IMG/VR virus record: IMGVR_UViG_3300020045_007777
Coordinates: 37,741-101,740 of that record
From: a virus
Taxonomy: Duplodnaviria; Heunggongvirae; Uroviricota; Caudoviricetes; Crassvirales
Direction: 5' to 3' (one strand)
Length of the DNA stretch: 64,000 bases
The translations under genes were made by a program, and so were the position numbers. The notes beneath the pieces are model-generated. The model saw only the letters and a program-made list of their open reading frames with translations, made no database searches and was not told the origin of the DNA. Positions 1 to 10,814 of the stretch are shown here, piece by piece (the stretch's first letter is position 1; the number at the start of each line of letters is the position of its first letter).

Positions 1-973
1 AACATATGGATTAGTTCTATTATCAACACCTGGATTCATTCTATCTAATGTCATATAAGCTGGATTATTTTTATACCAGTCTTCAGGATTATTAAAACCA
101 TCTATAATAGGTGTACTACCATCATCATAAGCTTCAATTGGTGGTGGAACAAAATAAGGATCTATTGTTAATGGTTGACCATTATCATATGCAGTAACTG
201 GAGGAGCTACTATTGGACCACCTTTAGCAAAATCATTTGTATAATTGTTTTTAGCAATTACAGATTGTTTAAAGTTAGCTTCATCACGCCTTTTTTCATT
301 TTTTTGTTTCATAATAATACCTGAAACAACTGGATCCATTATTGATAATGCTTTTTCGCCAACATTTGTATCTTTTGACATTACATTAGAAATAGGATCT
401 AAAAAACCTTTAGCGAAATCACCACCTTTATCTCCACCAACAGCTTGACCAATACCTTTACCTAATTTTTCAGCAGCTCTACCTGCTTTTGCAAACATAC
501 CAATTACAGGTACACTACCCATAGCATCTTTAGTTCCTTCCCAAGCATTTGCTTGTTGAATCTCTTTAGCTGACATAGGTGTATTTGAAGTATTCATATT
601 GTTAGGTAAACCTGCACCCATACTTCCTAAAGCATTTACTGCATTCATTCCCATACCACTACCTGCAGAAGAACCCATCATAGAACCTGCAGTAGAAGCT
701 GTAGATGCTGCTTCACCCATACTACCAAGACCTCCAACCATACCACCTAAAAACATTTGATTTTGATCAGTTTGTTCAGGATTTTCTAATGATTTTACAT
801 GTTCTTGTGCATTTGCTAATCTTGTTAATAATTCTTCTTTAGTATTTTTTGATATTAAATCATTTCTACCCTCAAATTTTTTATTAATTAAATTAGATGC
901 TTCAGCAAAAGACTTACCTGCTATATAACCAGGAAGTTTAAACTTTGTTATTAATTCTTTACTTTTATTCATA
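1..973 (-). CDS. Gly/Met/Ala-rich virion-associated protein, N-terminal part (gene starts at 973 and runs off the window start)
   Basis: The reverse-complement ATG at 971-973 opens a frame with no stop through position 1. It translates to MNKSKELITKF... with low-complexity GGMVGGLGSMGEAASTASTAGSMMGSSAGSGMGMN. It sits in the structural operon. Confidence 0.5.
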
Positions 974-974
974 A

Positions 975-1787
975 TTAAATTTTTATTCTATCTGAAAATA
1001 TAAATTTTGTACCATTTATTTTATAAGAAGTTTCACCTTCTTCAACTGTATTCATTTGACCATTTTGTCCCATACCTTGAGGTATTCCACCTAAAGGATT
1101 TTCACTATGTGATCCACCAACATCAAAACTATCAAAATTAGAATTATATGTTTCATTCATATTACCACCATATTTAAAAGAACTATTTCCTTCTTTAGGA
1201 TTATTAGTTTGTAAATATTGTTTAGGAGTTAAATTATTATTTGATAAATTCATATCAGATGCAACTTTACCAGTCATATCAGACTGTTGTGGTAATTCAA
1301 AATTATTCATTATGGGTTGTCCATAAGACTGATCTATATTTACAGATTGTGTAGAATCTATTGTTTGTTGTTGTGAAACATCTATTGTTTGGGGTTCATT
1401 TGGAATTTCTTCTTGTATAGGTTCTTGTATAGGAGTTTGTAATGCTTGTGTATTATATAATTCATTTACAGAATCTAATATTGAAGAATAATTTTTAAAC
1501 TTTTCATTACCTTTTACAGTACCTGGTTCAGATTTACCAACAGTTGTATTAAATAAGTTATTTTTACCATTAGTTTTTTTAAACCAATTAGTATTCATTG
1601 CAGCTTCTTGAGCTTTTTGATTTGGATCAGGATCACCTTTTAGTTTTGCAAAATTAAAAACTTGCATATATTTTCCCCAAGATTGATTGGAAACACCTTT
1701 AGGTCTTATTGGATTAACCAAAGAAACCTCCTCTGACGTTGCAAAAGGAGGTTCGTTGCCTATAATTGGATTTGTTATTTCTTCCAT
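975..1787 (-). CDS. Q/N-rich hypothetical virion protein
   Basis: 270-aa ORF in the ORF track. It has a Q/N/S-rich low-complexity middle (QQQTIDSTQSVNIDQSYGQP) and is tightly packed with its neighbours. Confidence 0.5.
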   Translation of the reverse strand: MEEITNPIIGNEPPFATSEEVSLVNPIRPKGVSNQSWGKYMQVFNFAKLKGDPDPNQKAQEAAMNTNWFKKTNGKNNLFNTTVGKSEPGTVKGNEKFKNYSSILDSVNELYNTQALQTPIQEPIQEEIPNEPQTIDVSQQQTIDSTQSVNIDQSYGQPIMNNFELPQQSDMTGKVASDMNLSNNNLTPKQYLQTNNPKEGNSSFKYGGNMNETYNSNFDSFDVGGSHSENPLGGIPQGMGQNGQMNTVEEGETSYKINGTKFIFSDRIKI

Positions 1788-1855
1788 ATTATAAATATAG
1801 TATTTTATTTTAGTAAAGTCAAATTAATATTGTTTTATTTTATAATCTATTTGTA

Positions 1856-4800
1856 TTATGTTGTATAATACACAATTACATCATGCAATATTAATTTTTT
1901 ATTGTTAGTATTATTAAATTCTAATTCTAAAAATACCCAAGGATTTCTAATTCTATCCATAGAACCTTTTTGTCTTGGAAGAGTTGCTCTCCAAGTTCTA
2001 AATTTTCTTGATAAATTAGAATTAACAACTAATGGTATTACTTGAGAATCTTGATATTCATTCCATAATCTTACACTTGTTAAAGTTGATGCTGGTAAAT
2101 CTATATCATTTATATAAACTTCAGATTTATACTCAATATTATTAAATACACAATCTAAATCAGCTTCAGGATTAACTAATACTCTTATTTTACTAGAGTA
2201 ATTAATACCATAAAAATTATTATAATCTCCAGCATATTGTTTATATAATTGTCTATTATTAGGATTTGTAGTAATAAAATTATTTCCTTTACTTATATAT
2301 CTACTAGGTAAATAATCATAAAAAGAAGTAAATGTTTCACTACCTTCATTATATGCTAATGTAAATGATTTATTTTTTTGTAAAAATGTCATAAACATAT
2401 CATTATTAATATAATCAAATCCTGAAGTAACACCTAATTTTATAATAGGATTATCTATTTTAAGATCATCTAAGACAGTATTATTTGTAAAATAGGTATG
2501 TAATCCTTTTACATCTGATAATCCACCTATACCACCTTTAAATATGTTTAATGATTTATTTAAAGTATCATAGAAATAAAATGATGATGGAGAATTAACT
2601 ACAGACCATTTATTTAATGTTCCTGATTCAGTAGAAATATATTTATATTCAGCTAATACTGCTCCTGAACCTAATTCTACTGATATACCATCAGAACCTT
2701 GAGTTTGTACACGAGGTTGTATAGATAAAAACGCAGTTGCAGTATCTTGTAATGTATATATTTCATCTTTAAAATTATGTAAAGAATTTATTGGTCCATA
2801 TCTACCATCTAAAGTAATGACATTATTAGGTTGTAAATCAGTCCAACTATCAATAATTTCACCAGGAACTTTAACTTTACTTGATATAACATTTGTATCA
2901 AACGAATCAAGTCTTCTAAATTTATAATCTAAATCTCTTCTAATAATTAAATTACTATCTTGAGAATAAACTCTATTATATTCTTGATATTCATCATCTG
3001 TAGGTTGAAATCTATTATCCCAATTAGAAATAGATAAATCATTTCTATTTTTTAAATCAACAGTTGTTTCAACTCTAAATTCTACAATTTCAGTAACTTG
3101 TTCAGAACTATTAGAATAAACTTCAGTTTCAGTTTTAACTAACTTAGTGAATATAAAATTATTAACAAAAGTATCTCCAAAATGTAAAGCATTATATACA
3201 TTATTAGCAATAGGTTTATAATCACCTATCTCAACATAATTACTTCTTTTTTTAGATTCATAAGTATTACCTCCATAAATATTTCCAAGATATATTAAAT
3301 TTTTAGGTATTCTAAATTCACCAATTAAACCAACACCAGTGTCAGTAATTCCTGACTGGTTAAATAAATCTTCTAAAGATTTTCTATTTCTAGTTAATAA
3401 ACTGTTACCACCTAAAGCGAAAGTAATTGCTGGTGCTCCCCAACTATTTACAGAATTTAAAAATAAATCTGCAGACAATGGTTGTAATGAATTTTGATAA
3501 TACATATCAGCATTATTATTATACATTGTTCTACCTTGACCTAATGTTGTTATTTCAGGTACACCATATACTGTTTCGTCAGCTAAAGATTGATAATATT
3601 CACCTATATATCTTCTATATGTTTGAACAAAATTCATTCTTTGTCTATCATCACTTAAATCAGCATGTCCAAAGAATCCATGTAATTGTATTTTAGTTCT
3701 AGAACCTGTAATCATATCATGATTTCCAGGAAGAGTTGTTTTTACATCATAAGGATATATTGCATTTCTAATTTTAATCTCATCCGTAATTAGTTTAGTT
3801 TGATTATCTCTAACTTGTGACCAAGCTGCATTATAATCATTTTCTAAACCACCAACTATATTTAATCTTGTTTGTGCTAAATTTTGTATTATATTAAAAG
3901 TTATTTCAGGAGAATACATTTGCATCAATTTATTAAATTGATAAGTACCTGCACTCCATTGTCCTGCTTCAACTGCTTTAAATACTTCATTTCCAGCATC
4001 ACCTTGACTACCATCATGTTGTGGATGATATTCATCAAATCTATCAAGTCTATGGTAAGTTTGATTACCCCACATAGGATCTAAATATTCATCAAATCTT
4101 CTCATCATTGATGGAATTTTAAGTCCATTATGAACTTTCTCTTCTTGATCAGCTGTTACATTAGCGCCACTTTGATCTCCTACTACTTGCGATAACATTC
4201 CATTAAGTAATCCTTGACAAATAATAGTCCTATCTAAAATAGTTCTTTCAGCTCTTAATAATCTATATCCAACAGGTTTTAGACTTTCATCATAATTACC
4301 ATTTTCATCTAAAAAATTAGATTGATCATTTAACCATACATAAAATAAAGGTTTCAATGTTATTTCTAAAGATGCATAGTATCCATTTAAATTTGATTGA
4401 CTATTTAATACAATATTTTTAAAATCTGCAATCCATTTAGGTAAACTATTTTGACCATATTTATTATAAAATTGTATTGCTAATCTATATACTTCATTAT
4501 CTTTTAAAAATTTTTTATCAGCTTCATCTTGAGTAAAATTATTAATACCAATTTGATTTCTTAAAATTCTGTATTTAAGATAAGGTCCTTCACCACCAAG
4601 AATATTATTATTAAATTGACGATTATATAAATCATAATCTTTATTAATTGCTGAAAATTTATAATTAATTACAGGTGTATTAGTATTAATATTACCTGAA
4701 CCAACTGTAATAAAAGGTTCATTTGAATCAATTCCACCAGTTGTAGTTTCATATAAAGAATTATATATTCTAGTTGTAGTACTATTAGGTGCAAAACTAT

Positions 4801-5962
4801 ATGCTCTTGTATCTAAACTAGTAGCTTTACTATATGTATCTACATCATAATTTTGTTCTTTATAATTAGCAAAGAACATAATATTATTTTTAGTATTAAT
4901 ATGTTTAGGTATAATTATATCAGAACCTAAAAATAAAAATTCTTCAACTGATAATTGTTCTATAATATTACCATCATCATAATAAATAATTTCATTAATA
5001 GTACTTATATCTCTATCTAAAATTAATGATATTTCAGGTAAAGCATTATAAGAACTATATTTAACAGCATATAATCTTAAATTTGTATAAGTTTCATCTA
5101 AATTATCAATTTTAATAATAGGAATAGTTCCTACAACTTCATTTAAAGCTCCGCCTCCATTATTATCACCTTTATTTAAAGGTACTAATTCAGTTAATGG
5201 ACTAATTTTAGTTTGTGAACCATTAATACGATATAAATTATATGCATATTGTATCATACCTGAAGTATGAATACCTCCTTGTATTGTATCAATAATTTCA
5301 GGTTGATCTAAATCAAATGTACCTACAATTTGAATATTATTAACACTTAAATCAATTAAATTTTCAATATCTTGATTTTCAATAGATTGATGTATATTTA
5401 TAAATCTAGTTTGATGTTTACTATCAACCCAGTAAACTTTATCAATTATCTCATTTTCATAATTATTAATTGGTTGTATAGGGTTTAAAGTATTAAATCC
5501 TAAATTACGCATATATAATAATGTAATATCATAATTATTATCATCTACTTTCCATATACAATCAAATCCATTATTATCAGTTGTAAATAATATAATACTA
5601 TCTCTAATTAAAGCATGACCTATAATTATTTGATCACCTGAAATTTTATAATTATTTGGTGTAATTATATATTGAGATTCAATTTCATTTCTAGGTTGAG
5701 TAGATTGATTAGTTTTATATACTAATGATTTTAAAACATTATTAACTGTATAATTAATAGATAATGTGGATGCATTTATAGATGGTGTTGGTATAGATAC
5801 AATTAATTTATTACCTTTTTCATTAGTAATAGAACCTGTAGATTGTGAATTTGTAGCAATAATTCTAATATTTCTACCTTCAAAATAAAATTCATTAGGA
5901 AGTTTAGATTTAGAAATATCCTGATTCATTCCACGATATGTATGTTTAGTTGATTTTATCAT
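1856..5962 (-). CDS. Large virion structural protein (1368 aa; tail or host-interaction protein candidate)
   Basis: Uninterrupted 4.1-kb ORF. Its N/T/Y/S-rich beta-type composition is typical of tail or adsorption proteins. No catalytic motif was recognised. Confidence 0.55.
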   Translation of the reverse strand: MIKSTKHTYRGMNQDISKSKLPNEFYFEGRNIRIIATNSQSTGSITNEKGNKLIVSIPTPSINASTLSINYTVNNVLKSLVYKTNQSTQPRNEIESQYIITPNNYKISGDQIIIGHALIRDSIILFTTDNNGFDCIWKVDDNNYDITLLYMRNLGFNTLNPIQPINNYENEIIDKVYWVDSKHQTRFINIHQSIENQDIENLIDLSVNNIQIVGTFDLDQPEIIDTIQGGIHTSGMIQYAYNLYRINGSQTKISPLTELVPLNKGDNNGGGALNEVVGTIPIIKIDNLDETYTNLRLYAVKYSSYNALPEISLILDRDISTINEIIYYDDGNIIEQLSVEEFLFLGSDIIIPKHINTKNNIMFFANYKEQNYDVDTYSKATSLDTRAYSFAPNSTTTRIYNSLYETTTGGIDSNEPFITVGSGNINTNTPVINYKFSAINKDYDLYNRQFNNNILGGEGPYLKYRILRNQIGINNFTQDEADKKFLKDNEVYRLAIQFYNKYGQNSLPKWIADFKNIVLNSQSNLNGYYASLEITLKPLFYVWLNDQSNFLDENGNYDESLKPVGYRLLRAERTILDRTIICQGLLNGMLSQVVGDQSGANVTADQEEKVHNGLKIPSMMRRFDEYLDPMWGNQTYHRLDRFDEYHPQHDGSQGDAGNEVFKAVEAGQWSAGTYQFNKLMQMYSPEITFNIIQNLAQTRLNIVGGLENDYNAAWSQVRDNQTKLITDEIKIRNAIYPYDVKTTLPGNHDMITGSRTKIQLHGFFGHADLSDDRQRMNFVQTYRRYIGEYYQSLADETVYGVPEITTLGQGRTMYNNNADMYYQNSLQPLSADLFLNSVNSWGAPAITFALGGNSLLTRNRKSLEDLFNQSGITDTGVGLIGEFRIPKNLIYLGNIYGGNTYESKKRSNYVEIGDYKPIANNVYNALHFGDTFVNNFIFTKLVKTETEVYSNSSEQVTEIVEFRVETTVDLKNRNDLSISNWDNRFQPTDDEYQEYNRVYSQDSNLIIRRDLDYKFRRLDSFDTNVISSKVKVPGEIIDSWTDLQPNNVITLDGRYGPINSLHNFKDEIYTLQDTATAFLSIQPRVQTQGSDGISVELGSGAVLAEYKYISTESGTLNKWSVVNSPSSFYFYDTLNKSLNIFKGGIGGLSDVKGLHTYFTNNTVLDDLKIDNPIIKLGVTSGFDYINNDMFMTFLQKNKSFTLAYNEGSETFTSFYDYLPSRYISKGNNFITTNPNNRQLYKQYAGDYNNFYGINYSSKIRVLVNPEADLDCVFNNIEYKSEVYINDIDLPASTLTSVRLWNEYQDSQVIPLVVNSNLSRKFRTWRATLPRQKGSMDRIRNPWVFLELEFNNTNNKKLILHDVIVYYTT

Positions 5963-5965
5963 AAA

Positions 5966-6679
5966 TTATTTCTTAAAATATTCTTTTTTATTAAAGTTCT
6001 TCCAGCTTTCACTATGATGATCCATACCTTGAAATAATCTAATTATACCATTTTCAAGACTTTTTGCTTTATCCATAGTTAACATATTAAAACTATTTGA
6101 TGCTGCACCAACATACCAATAATATTGTTGTTTAATATCCTCATATACATCACGAGATACTTCACCTCTATATCTTGCAGGTTCAGCATATTGCCATAAT
6201 ATGTAATATTTTAATGCTTCTTTAAATTTAACATTATCAGGAACCATAGGAAAACCTTCTTCATCTGTAGCTATACCTTGATATGCCATTTTAATTTTAC
6301 CTTCATTAAATGAAGTATAAATATATCCATTATTAATAGAATAACTATGATCAGAAATACATCTTTTATCAGGACAATCTTCACTATGATATGAAGAATG
6401 ATATATATCAGAAGCATAAGTTAATGGTAAATATCCATTACAATCTTCAGTCATATATTTTGTACCATTTATTCTTATCATATCACAAGGTAAAGGACCT
6501 TTATTATTTGTTATTTCTATATTTTCAAACTTAGTTTCATAAGCAAATGGACTACCTACTAATGATAATAACTTAGTTAAATATAATGCAACATCTTCAG
6601 GTTGAATCCCTTCAACAAATGGATACCTAAGTATTTCTGAAAATATTGATTTAATTGATGTATATTGTGCGTTATGCAT
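5966..6679 (-). CDS. Hypothetical protein (structural module)
   Basis: 237-aa ORF. Its start is 4 nt from the upstream gene stop. Confidence 0.5.
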   Translation of the reverse strand: MHNAQYTSIKSIFSEILRYPFVEGIQPEDVALYLTKLLSLVGSPFAYETKFENIEITNNKGPLPCDMIRINGTKYMTEDCNGYLPLTYASDIYHSSYHSEDCPDKRCISDHSYSINNGYIYTSFNEGKIKMAYQGIATDEEGFPMVPDNVKFKEALKYYILWQYAEPARYRGEVSRDVYEDIKQQYYWYVGAASNSFNMLTMDKAKSLENGIIRLFQGMDHHSESWKNFNKKEYFKK

Positions 6680-7197
6680 TATGCTATTTTTAATTCGTTT
6701 GCGTTATATTTTTCTTTAGAATAATCATTTATTCTTTTTGCAATAGCTCTTTTAAAATCTCTAGTTGGTAAAAATAACATAGAACTTTTATTTTTAAAAG
6801 TAGCATTATATTTATTATATCTTATACTATAAACATATCCACCTGTATGAGTATTTTTATATCTAACTATAATTTTTTTCTCTTTAGCTTCTTCATCTTT
6901 ATTCCATAATTCAATAGTAGATTTCCAATCAGGAGGTGAACTATTAATTACAACATTATTAGGAAGCATTTTAACTCCTCTTTTAATTTTATGAATACCA
7001 ATAAATCCTGTTCTATGAGGTAATATAAATTCTTTAGCAGTATCTACAACTTCATCTACAATAAATTTATTTAAATCACTAATAACATTGTTATACATTT
7101 GAGCTGCAACTTTATATGGATAATTTTTAGTATAAAATTTATAATAATCTTTCATTCCATATTCTACAGGAACTTTTTTAGAACTTCTATTGATCAT
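6679..7197 (-). CDS. Hypothetical basic protein
   Basis: 172-aa ORF. The ATG overlaps the neighbour's stop. K/R-rich. Confidence 0.5.
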   Translation of the reverse strand: MINRSSKKVPVEYGMKDYYKFYTKNYPYKVAAQMYNNVISDLNKFIVDEVVDTAKEFILPHRTGFIGIHKIKRGVKMLPNNVVINSSPPDWKSTIELWNKDEEAKEKKIIVRYKNTHTGGYVYSIRYNKYNATFKNKSSMLFLPTRDFKRAIAKRINDYSKEKYNANELKIA

Positions 7198-7870
7198 CGC
7201 TATTATTTTGTTTATCTTCTTGAATTTGTTCTTTACTACCTATAAATAATTTAATTATTTCATCACGAATTAAATCAATTAAAAATGATTGTGCTGGATA
7301 AACTGAATCTTCGTCAAAACAACTTGTAGGTTTATCACAACCACAACAATCAAAATAATCTTCTAATTCTGTTGGATCTTCAAAAATACATCTTAAATAT
7401 AAACATTCAATTAATTTATGTTCATTATTTTTAGATATAAGATAAAGATATCCTTCACTATCTTGTACAACGTATATAGAGCTACTGTAAGGTTTATCTA
7501 AAATATATGATGCTTGTTCCCAAGATATAACTTTAAATGTCTTAGAAAGCATTACTGAAGGTTGTATAGATATTAAAGTATTTCTATTTCTAACTTCAAG
7601 TAATTTAGGTAAGGGTTGTTTACTTTTCATAATAGTACAACCTACTTCTAATCCACATAATCCTTTATCAACTTCTTCAAAACTTAAACAAACTGATTGA
7701 ATTAATATATTATCAAAATTTCTTGTTTTATCATCTAATAATTGACGAAGAAATTTAGCTCTTTTTAAATTATAAATATATAAAATATGACGATCATCAT
7801 ATTCTGAATCATCACCATATTTTTTTAAAAGTTCTTTAACGTCATAGACGATTTGAGATTTTGTAGCCAT
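7187..7870 (-). CDS. Hypothetical protein
   Basis: 227-aa ORF with a C-terminal CCGCDKPTSC cysteine cluster. Confidence 0.5.
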   Translation of the reverse strand: MATKSQIVYDVKELLKKYGDDSEYDDRHILYIYNLKRAKFLRQLLDDKTRNFDNILIQSVCLSFEEVDKGLCGLEVGCTIMKSKQPLPKLLEVRNRNTLISIQPSVMLSKTFKVISWEQASYILDKPYSSSIYVVQDSEGYLYLISKNNEHKLIECLYLRCIFEDPTELEDYFDCCGCDKPTSCFDEDSVYPAQSFLIDLIRDEIIKLFIGSKEQIQEDKQNNSDDQ

Positions 7871-7881
7871 TAATTATTTTA

Positions 7882-7912
7882 AATAAAAAACCCCCTCTTT
7901 TTATAGAGAGGG
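7882..7912 (-). terminator. Rho-independent terminator (hairpin CCCTCT/AGAGGG with T-tract on the minus strand)
   Basis: aaaaaaccccctctttttatagagaggg lies immediately downstream of the stop of the 7924-8865 gene. Confidence 0.45.
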
Positions 7913-7923
7913 TTCAATTAGTA

Positions 7924-8865
7924 TTATTTTTTTAGAAAATTTAAGTATTCTCTATTACTTAGAAAAAATTGTTGTCCACAATCTTCACATTGCATTAATC
8001 TTTTAACTGTACCTGCTTTAGTAACTACAGTTTTAATAAGTTTAACATTTTCAGATCCATCATTAGGACATGTAAATTTAGGTTTATTTAAAAGTATTCC
8101 ATGATGTATTTGATGTTCAGTATATAATCTTAATCTATTAAATACTTCTTCAGTTTGAACAACATCTATCATATTATAAGTTATCATTTCATCCATTGAA
8201 TGATTACGATCAGCTTTATTTCCAATATTAAACAAATCATATTGGATAATATCATCCCACATTTTCATACCTTGATGATTATATTTTCCTTCAAGTCCTA
8301 AAAATTTAGCAATATAATCAAGTTTATTTGAATTAAAGTTAAAATGTTGTTTAGCTTTTTTCAATGTATCATATTGAGTATATTTAGGTAATGCTAGAAT
8401 TCCATGTTTAATAGCTCTAGTCATTAAAAATGAAGTATCATATCTTTCAATATTATGACCAACTAATTCATCAGCTTCAGCCATAACTTTTATAAATTTT
8501 TCAACTAATTTTTTATCACAACCTTTATCCCAAGATAAAAAATTAACTAAATCCTCACCTTCCCATTTATAAGCTACTGATATAATAGCTCGTTCATGAA
8601 GTATATCATTAGGTTGTATATTTAAATTATAACCTACTCTCCAAGATTTAACAATATTATATGATGTTTCAATATCATAAAAAAGTCTTTTTATTTTTTT
8701 AGATTGAGCTTTAATAGACACACCTTTAATTTCTTTTCTAACATCTTTCAAAGCTTGTTTACATAGTTTAATATCACTATTCAATTTCTTTGATAATCTG
8801 TAAGCTCCCTCTTTCAAATATCCATTACGACATCTTAAAAATCCTTTAATTTCCTCTAAATTCAT
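7924..8865 (-). CDS. DEDD-family (DnaQ-like) 3'-5' exonuclease with C-terminal zinc ribbon
   Basis: Exo I FYDIETS, Exo II VGHNIERYDTSFL, Exo III YNMID, and a C-terminal CPNDGS...CEDCGQ. Confidence 0.6.
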   Translation of the reverse strand: MNLEEIKGFLRCRNGYLKEGAYRLSKKLNSDIKLCKQALKDVRKEIKGVSIKAQSKKIKRLFYDIETSYNIVKSWRVGYNLNIQPNDILHERAIISVAYKWEGEDLVNFLSWDKGCDKKLVEKFIKVMAEADELVGHNIERYDTSFLMTRAIKHGILALPKYTQYDTLKKAKQHFNFNSNKLDYIAKFLGLEGKYNHQGMKMWDDIIQYDLFNIGNKADRNHSMDEMITYNMIDVVQTEEVFNRLRLYTEHQIHHGILLNKPKFTCPNDGSENVKLIKTVVTKAGTVKRLMQCEDCGQQFFLSNREYLNFLKK

Positions 8866-9399
8866 TTAATTTTTTTTATGATGACTCCAAATAAATCCAT
8901 AAGCTGTTTTTTGTCTTTTATTACAACAAGCAACAATATTTTTAGCTTTGTTATTTTTATTATAAAATAATTCAGCTTCTTTAATATAACCCCATTCTTT
9001 AATAAATTTATTATCTAAATCATATTGATAACATTTTTTAGCTCGCGTTGATAATAATCCTGTTTTTTTAGTAATTCTTTTTTGAATTTCTGAAATACTT
9101 TTTATCCAATGAAAAGGTTTTTTATGTTTATTTTCATTATTTTCAATTAATTTTATAATATTACAATTATAACATAACAATTGAAATTTATAATCACTTA
9201 CATAATTATTTTTATATAATTTTTTATATAAATTTATACCTCTTGCTTGATTATCTTCAAGTCTATGTTTTTTACCATCACTATTTACATGATCTAAACA
9301 TAAAACTCTAATATCTTCAATATTGCAATTATTACAACAAGGTTTATCATTTTTAGAATAGTGTTTAAAAACTAATAATTTTATTTCTTCATTTGTCAT
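8866..9399 (-). CDS. HNH endonuclease
   Basis: CCNNCN...LCLDHVNSDGKKHR...N...LLCYNCN fits the HNH Cys-His box. Confidence 0.65.
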   Translation of the reverse strand: MTNEEIKLLVFKHYSKNDKPCCNNCNIEDIRVLCLDHVNSDGKKHRLEDNQARGINLYKKLYKNNYVSDYKFQLLCYNCNIIKLIENNENKHKKPFHWIKSISEIQKRITKKTGLLSTRAKKCYQYDLDNKFIKEWGYIKEAELFYNKNNKAKNIVACCNKRQKTAYGFIWSHHKKN

Positions 9400-9474
9400 A
9401 CATCTAATTATTGATACAAATATAATATATTAAATCATTAAAAACAAATAAATTAATATATATTTTGTAATCAT

Positions 9475-10104
9475 TTAAAATTTAAATAAATATCCTATTT
9501 GAATTGATTCATCTAAAATTCCATAAGATCCAATAATTATATCTCCTTTTTTATTTTGAATACCAACTGTTGGTGAAAAATTAAAATCATCTAATTTTAC
9601 ATTATTAGAAATTTGTGCTCCACCATATAAATTTAATTTAGATTTAGGAATTTCTATTGTAGTTTCAATAGTTCTAGGTTTAAGTGTATAATCATATTTA
9701 GTACTTAATAATTCTCCTTGAACTTGCATAGTTCCTTTAAGACTTACAAATTCATCTTCAAATGGTACAACATAAGTTCTTGTTTGACTTGCATTTAACA
9801 TCATATTTAAACGTTTAGTTTCAAGTTCAATACCACTATATCTTTTTTCTAAATCTATATATTCATCCATTAATTTTTTATTAATAGGATTTTCTGTAAC
9901 ATAGATACTATCTTTATATATAATACTATCTTTTACTGTTACAATAGGTTTTGGATTAACTATTAAAGGAGAAGAACCTGACTGAGCAGGAACTTCAACC
10001 TTAACAGTTTTATATTCTTTAGGAGCATTACATCTACCTATAAAGAATACATAAACTAATATTCCAAGACCTATTAATATTTTAAATATTAAGTCTTTAT
10101 TCAT
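9475..10104 (-). CDS. Membrane-anchored protein (single N-terminal TM), lysis-cassette associated
   Basis: The N-terminal hydrophobic segment ILIGLGILVYVFFIG is followed by a beta-rich domain. It lies next to the endolysin. Confidence 0.45.
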   Translation of the reverse strand: MNKDLIFKILIGLGILVYVFFIGRCNAPKEYKTVKVEVPAQSGSSPLIVNPKPIVTVKDSIIYKDSIYVTENPINKKLMDEYIDLEKRYSGIELETKRLNMMLNASQTRTYVVPFEDEFVSLKGTMQVQGELLSTKYDYTLKPRTIETTIEIPKSKLNLYGGAQISNNVKLDDFNFSPTVGIQNKKGDIIIGSYGILDESIQIGYLFKF

Positions 10105-10107
10105 AAT

Positions 10108-10572
10108 TTAATTTTTAATTTCAAAATGCATCCAATCATAATTTTTTTCTACACCTAATGATACAAATCCATTTTTATAGAAAATATCAATCATAGGTTT
10201 ATATTCTGGTCTTGCAAATCTAGCAGTTTTAGATGTTTCCTTAAGTAAATTTCTTTCAGGATCTAAATCTATTGCTATACCCCAAGAATGTCTTGAATAA
10301 TCTGAACCACCTCTCATAGCTCTAAAATTAAAACATCCTCCAAATAAATCAATACCTAATTCTACTATTTTTTCATATCCATAATGATTTAATAAATCTT
10401 GGAATACTTTTGTAAAATTATCAGCTACAAGTTTGTGACATCTCATAGTATTAACTTTAGTTTTTTTATCCCAAGCTAATCTCATAGGATATGGTAATTT
10501 AATAGAAACTAAATAAGCACCTTTATCTGTAGGTTTACCATATTTAGCAATAGCTTGTGCTGTTGTAATCAT
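10108..10572 (-). CDS. Endolysin, peptidase M15 family (L-alanyl-D-glutamate peptidase / VanY-like)
   Basis: [13 protein letters not shown] and DWMHFE match the Zn-binding H-x6-D and D-x-x-H signature of M15 peptidases. Confidence 0.75.
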   Translation of the reverse strand: MITTAQAIAKYGKPTDKGAYLVSIKLPYPMRLAWDKKTKVNTMRCHKLVADNFTKVFQDLLNHYGYEKIVELGIDLFGGCFNFRAMRGGSDYSRHSWGIAIDLDPERNLLKETSKTARFARPEYKPMIDIFYKNGFVSLGVEKNYDWMHFEIKN

Positions 10573-10577
10573 AATTA

Positions 10578-10814
10578 TTAATTTAAATTAATATTTTGTT
10601 TTTTAAAACGTTTTTGAACTTTCTTAAGTTCTTTTGGATTTTCTATAATTAAAGATACCTCATCTAGATTTTTTTCAGATCTTAACATAATTAATTCAAT
10701 CTCTTTAATTTCTTGTTCATAATTTTTTGTAGGTTCTATTTTAACTAAATTTATTTTATTAGGTGTTAAACTTGTACATACAAATAACATTATTACTATT
10801 AAAATTCTTCTCAT
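10578..10814 (-). CDS. Small signal-peptide protein (o-spanin candidate)
   Basis: 78 aa with N-terminal [15 protein letters not shown] signal and a Cys near the cleavage region. The start overlaps the upstream gene stop (ATGA). The lipobox is non-canonical. Confidence 0.35.
   Translation of the reverse strand: MRRILIVIMLFVCTSLTPNKINLVKIEPTKNYEQEIKEIELIMLRSEKNLDEVSLIIENPKELKKVQKRFKKQNINLN

Noticed and set aside
10578-10814. Confident o-spanin lipoprotein call
   Set aside because: The putative lipobox LFVC has Val at -1, and the mature part has only one Cys and is not Pro-rich. It is kept as a low-confidence candidate only.
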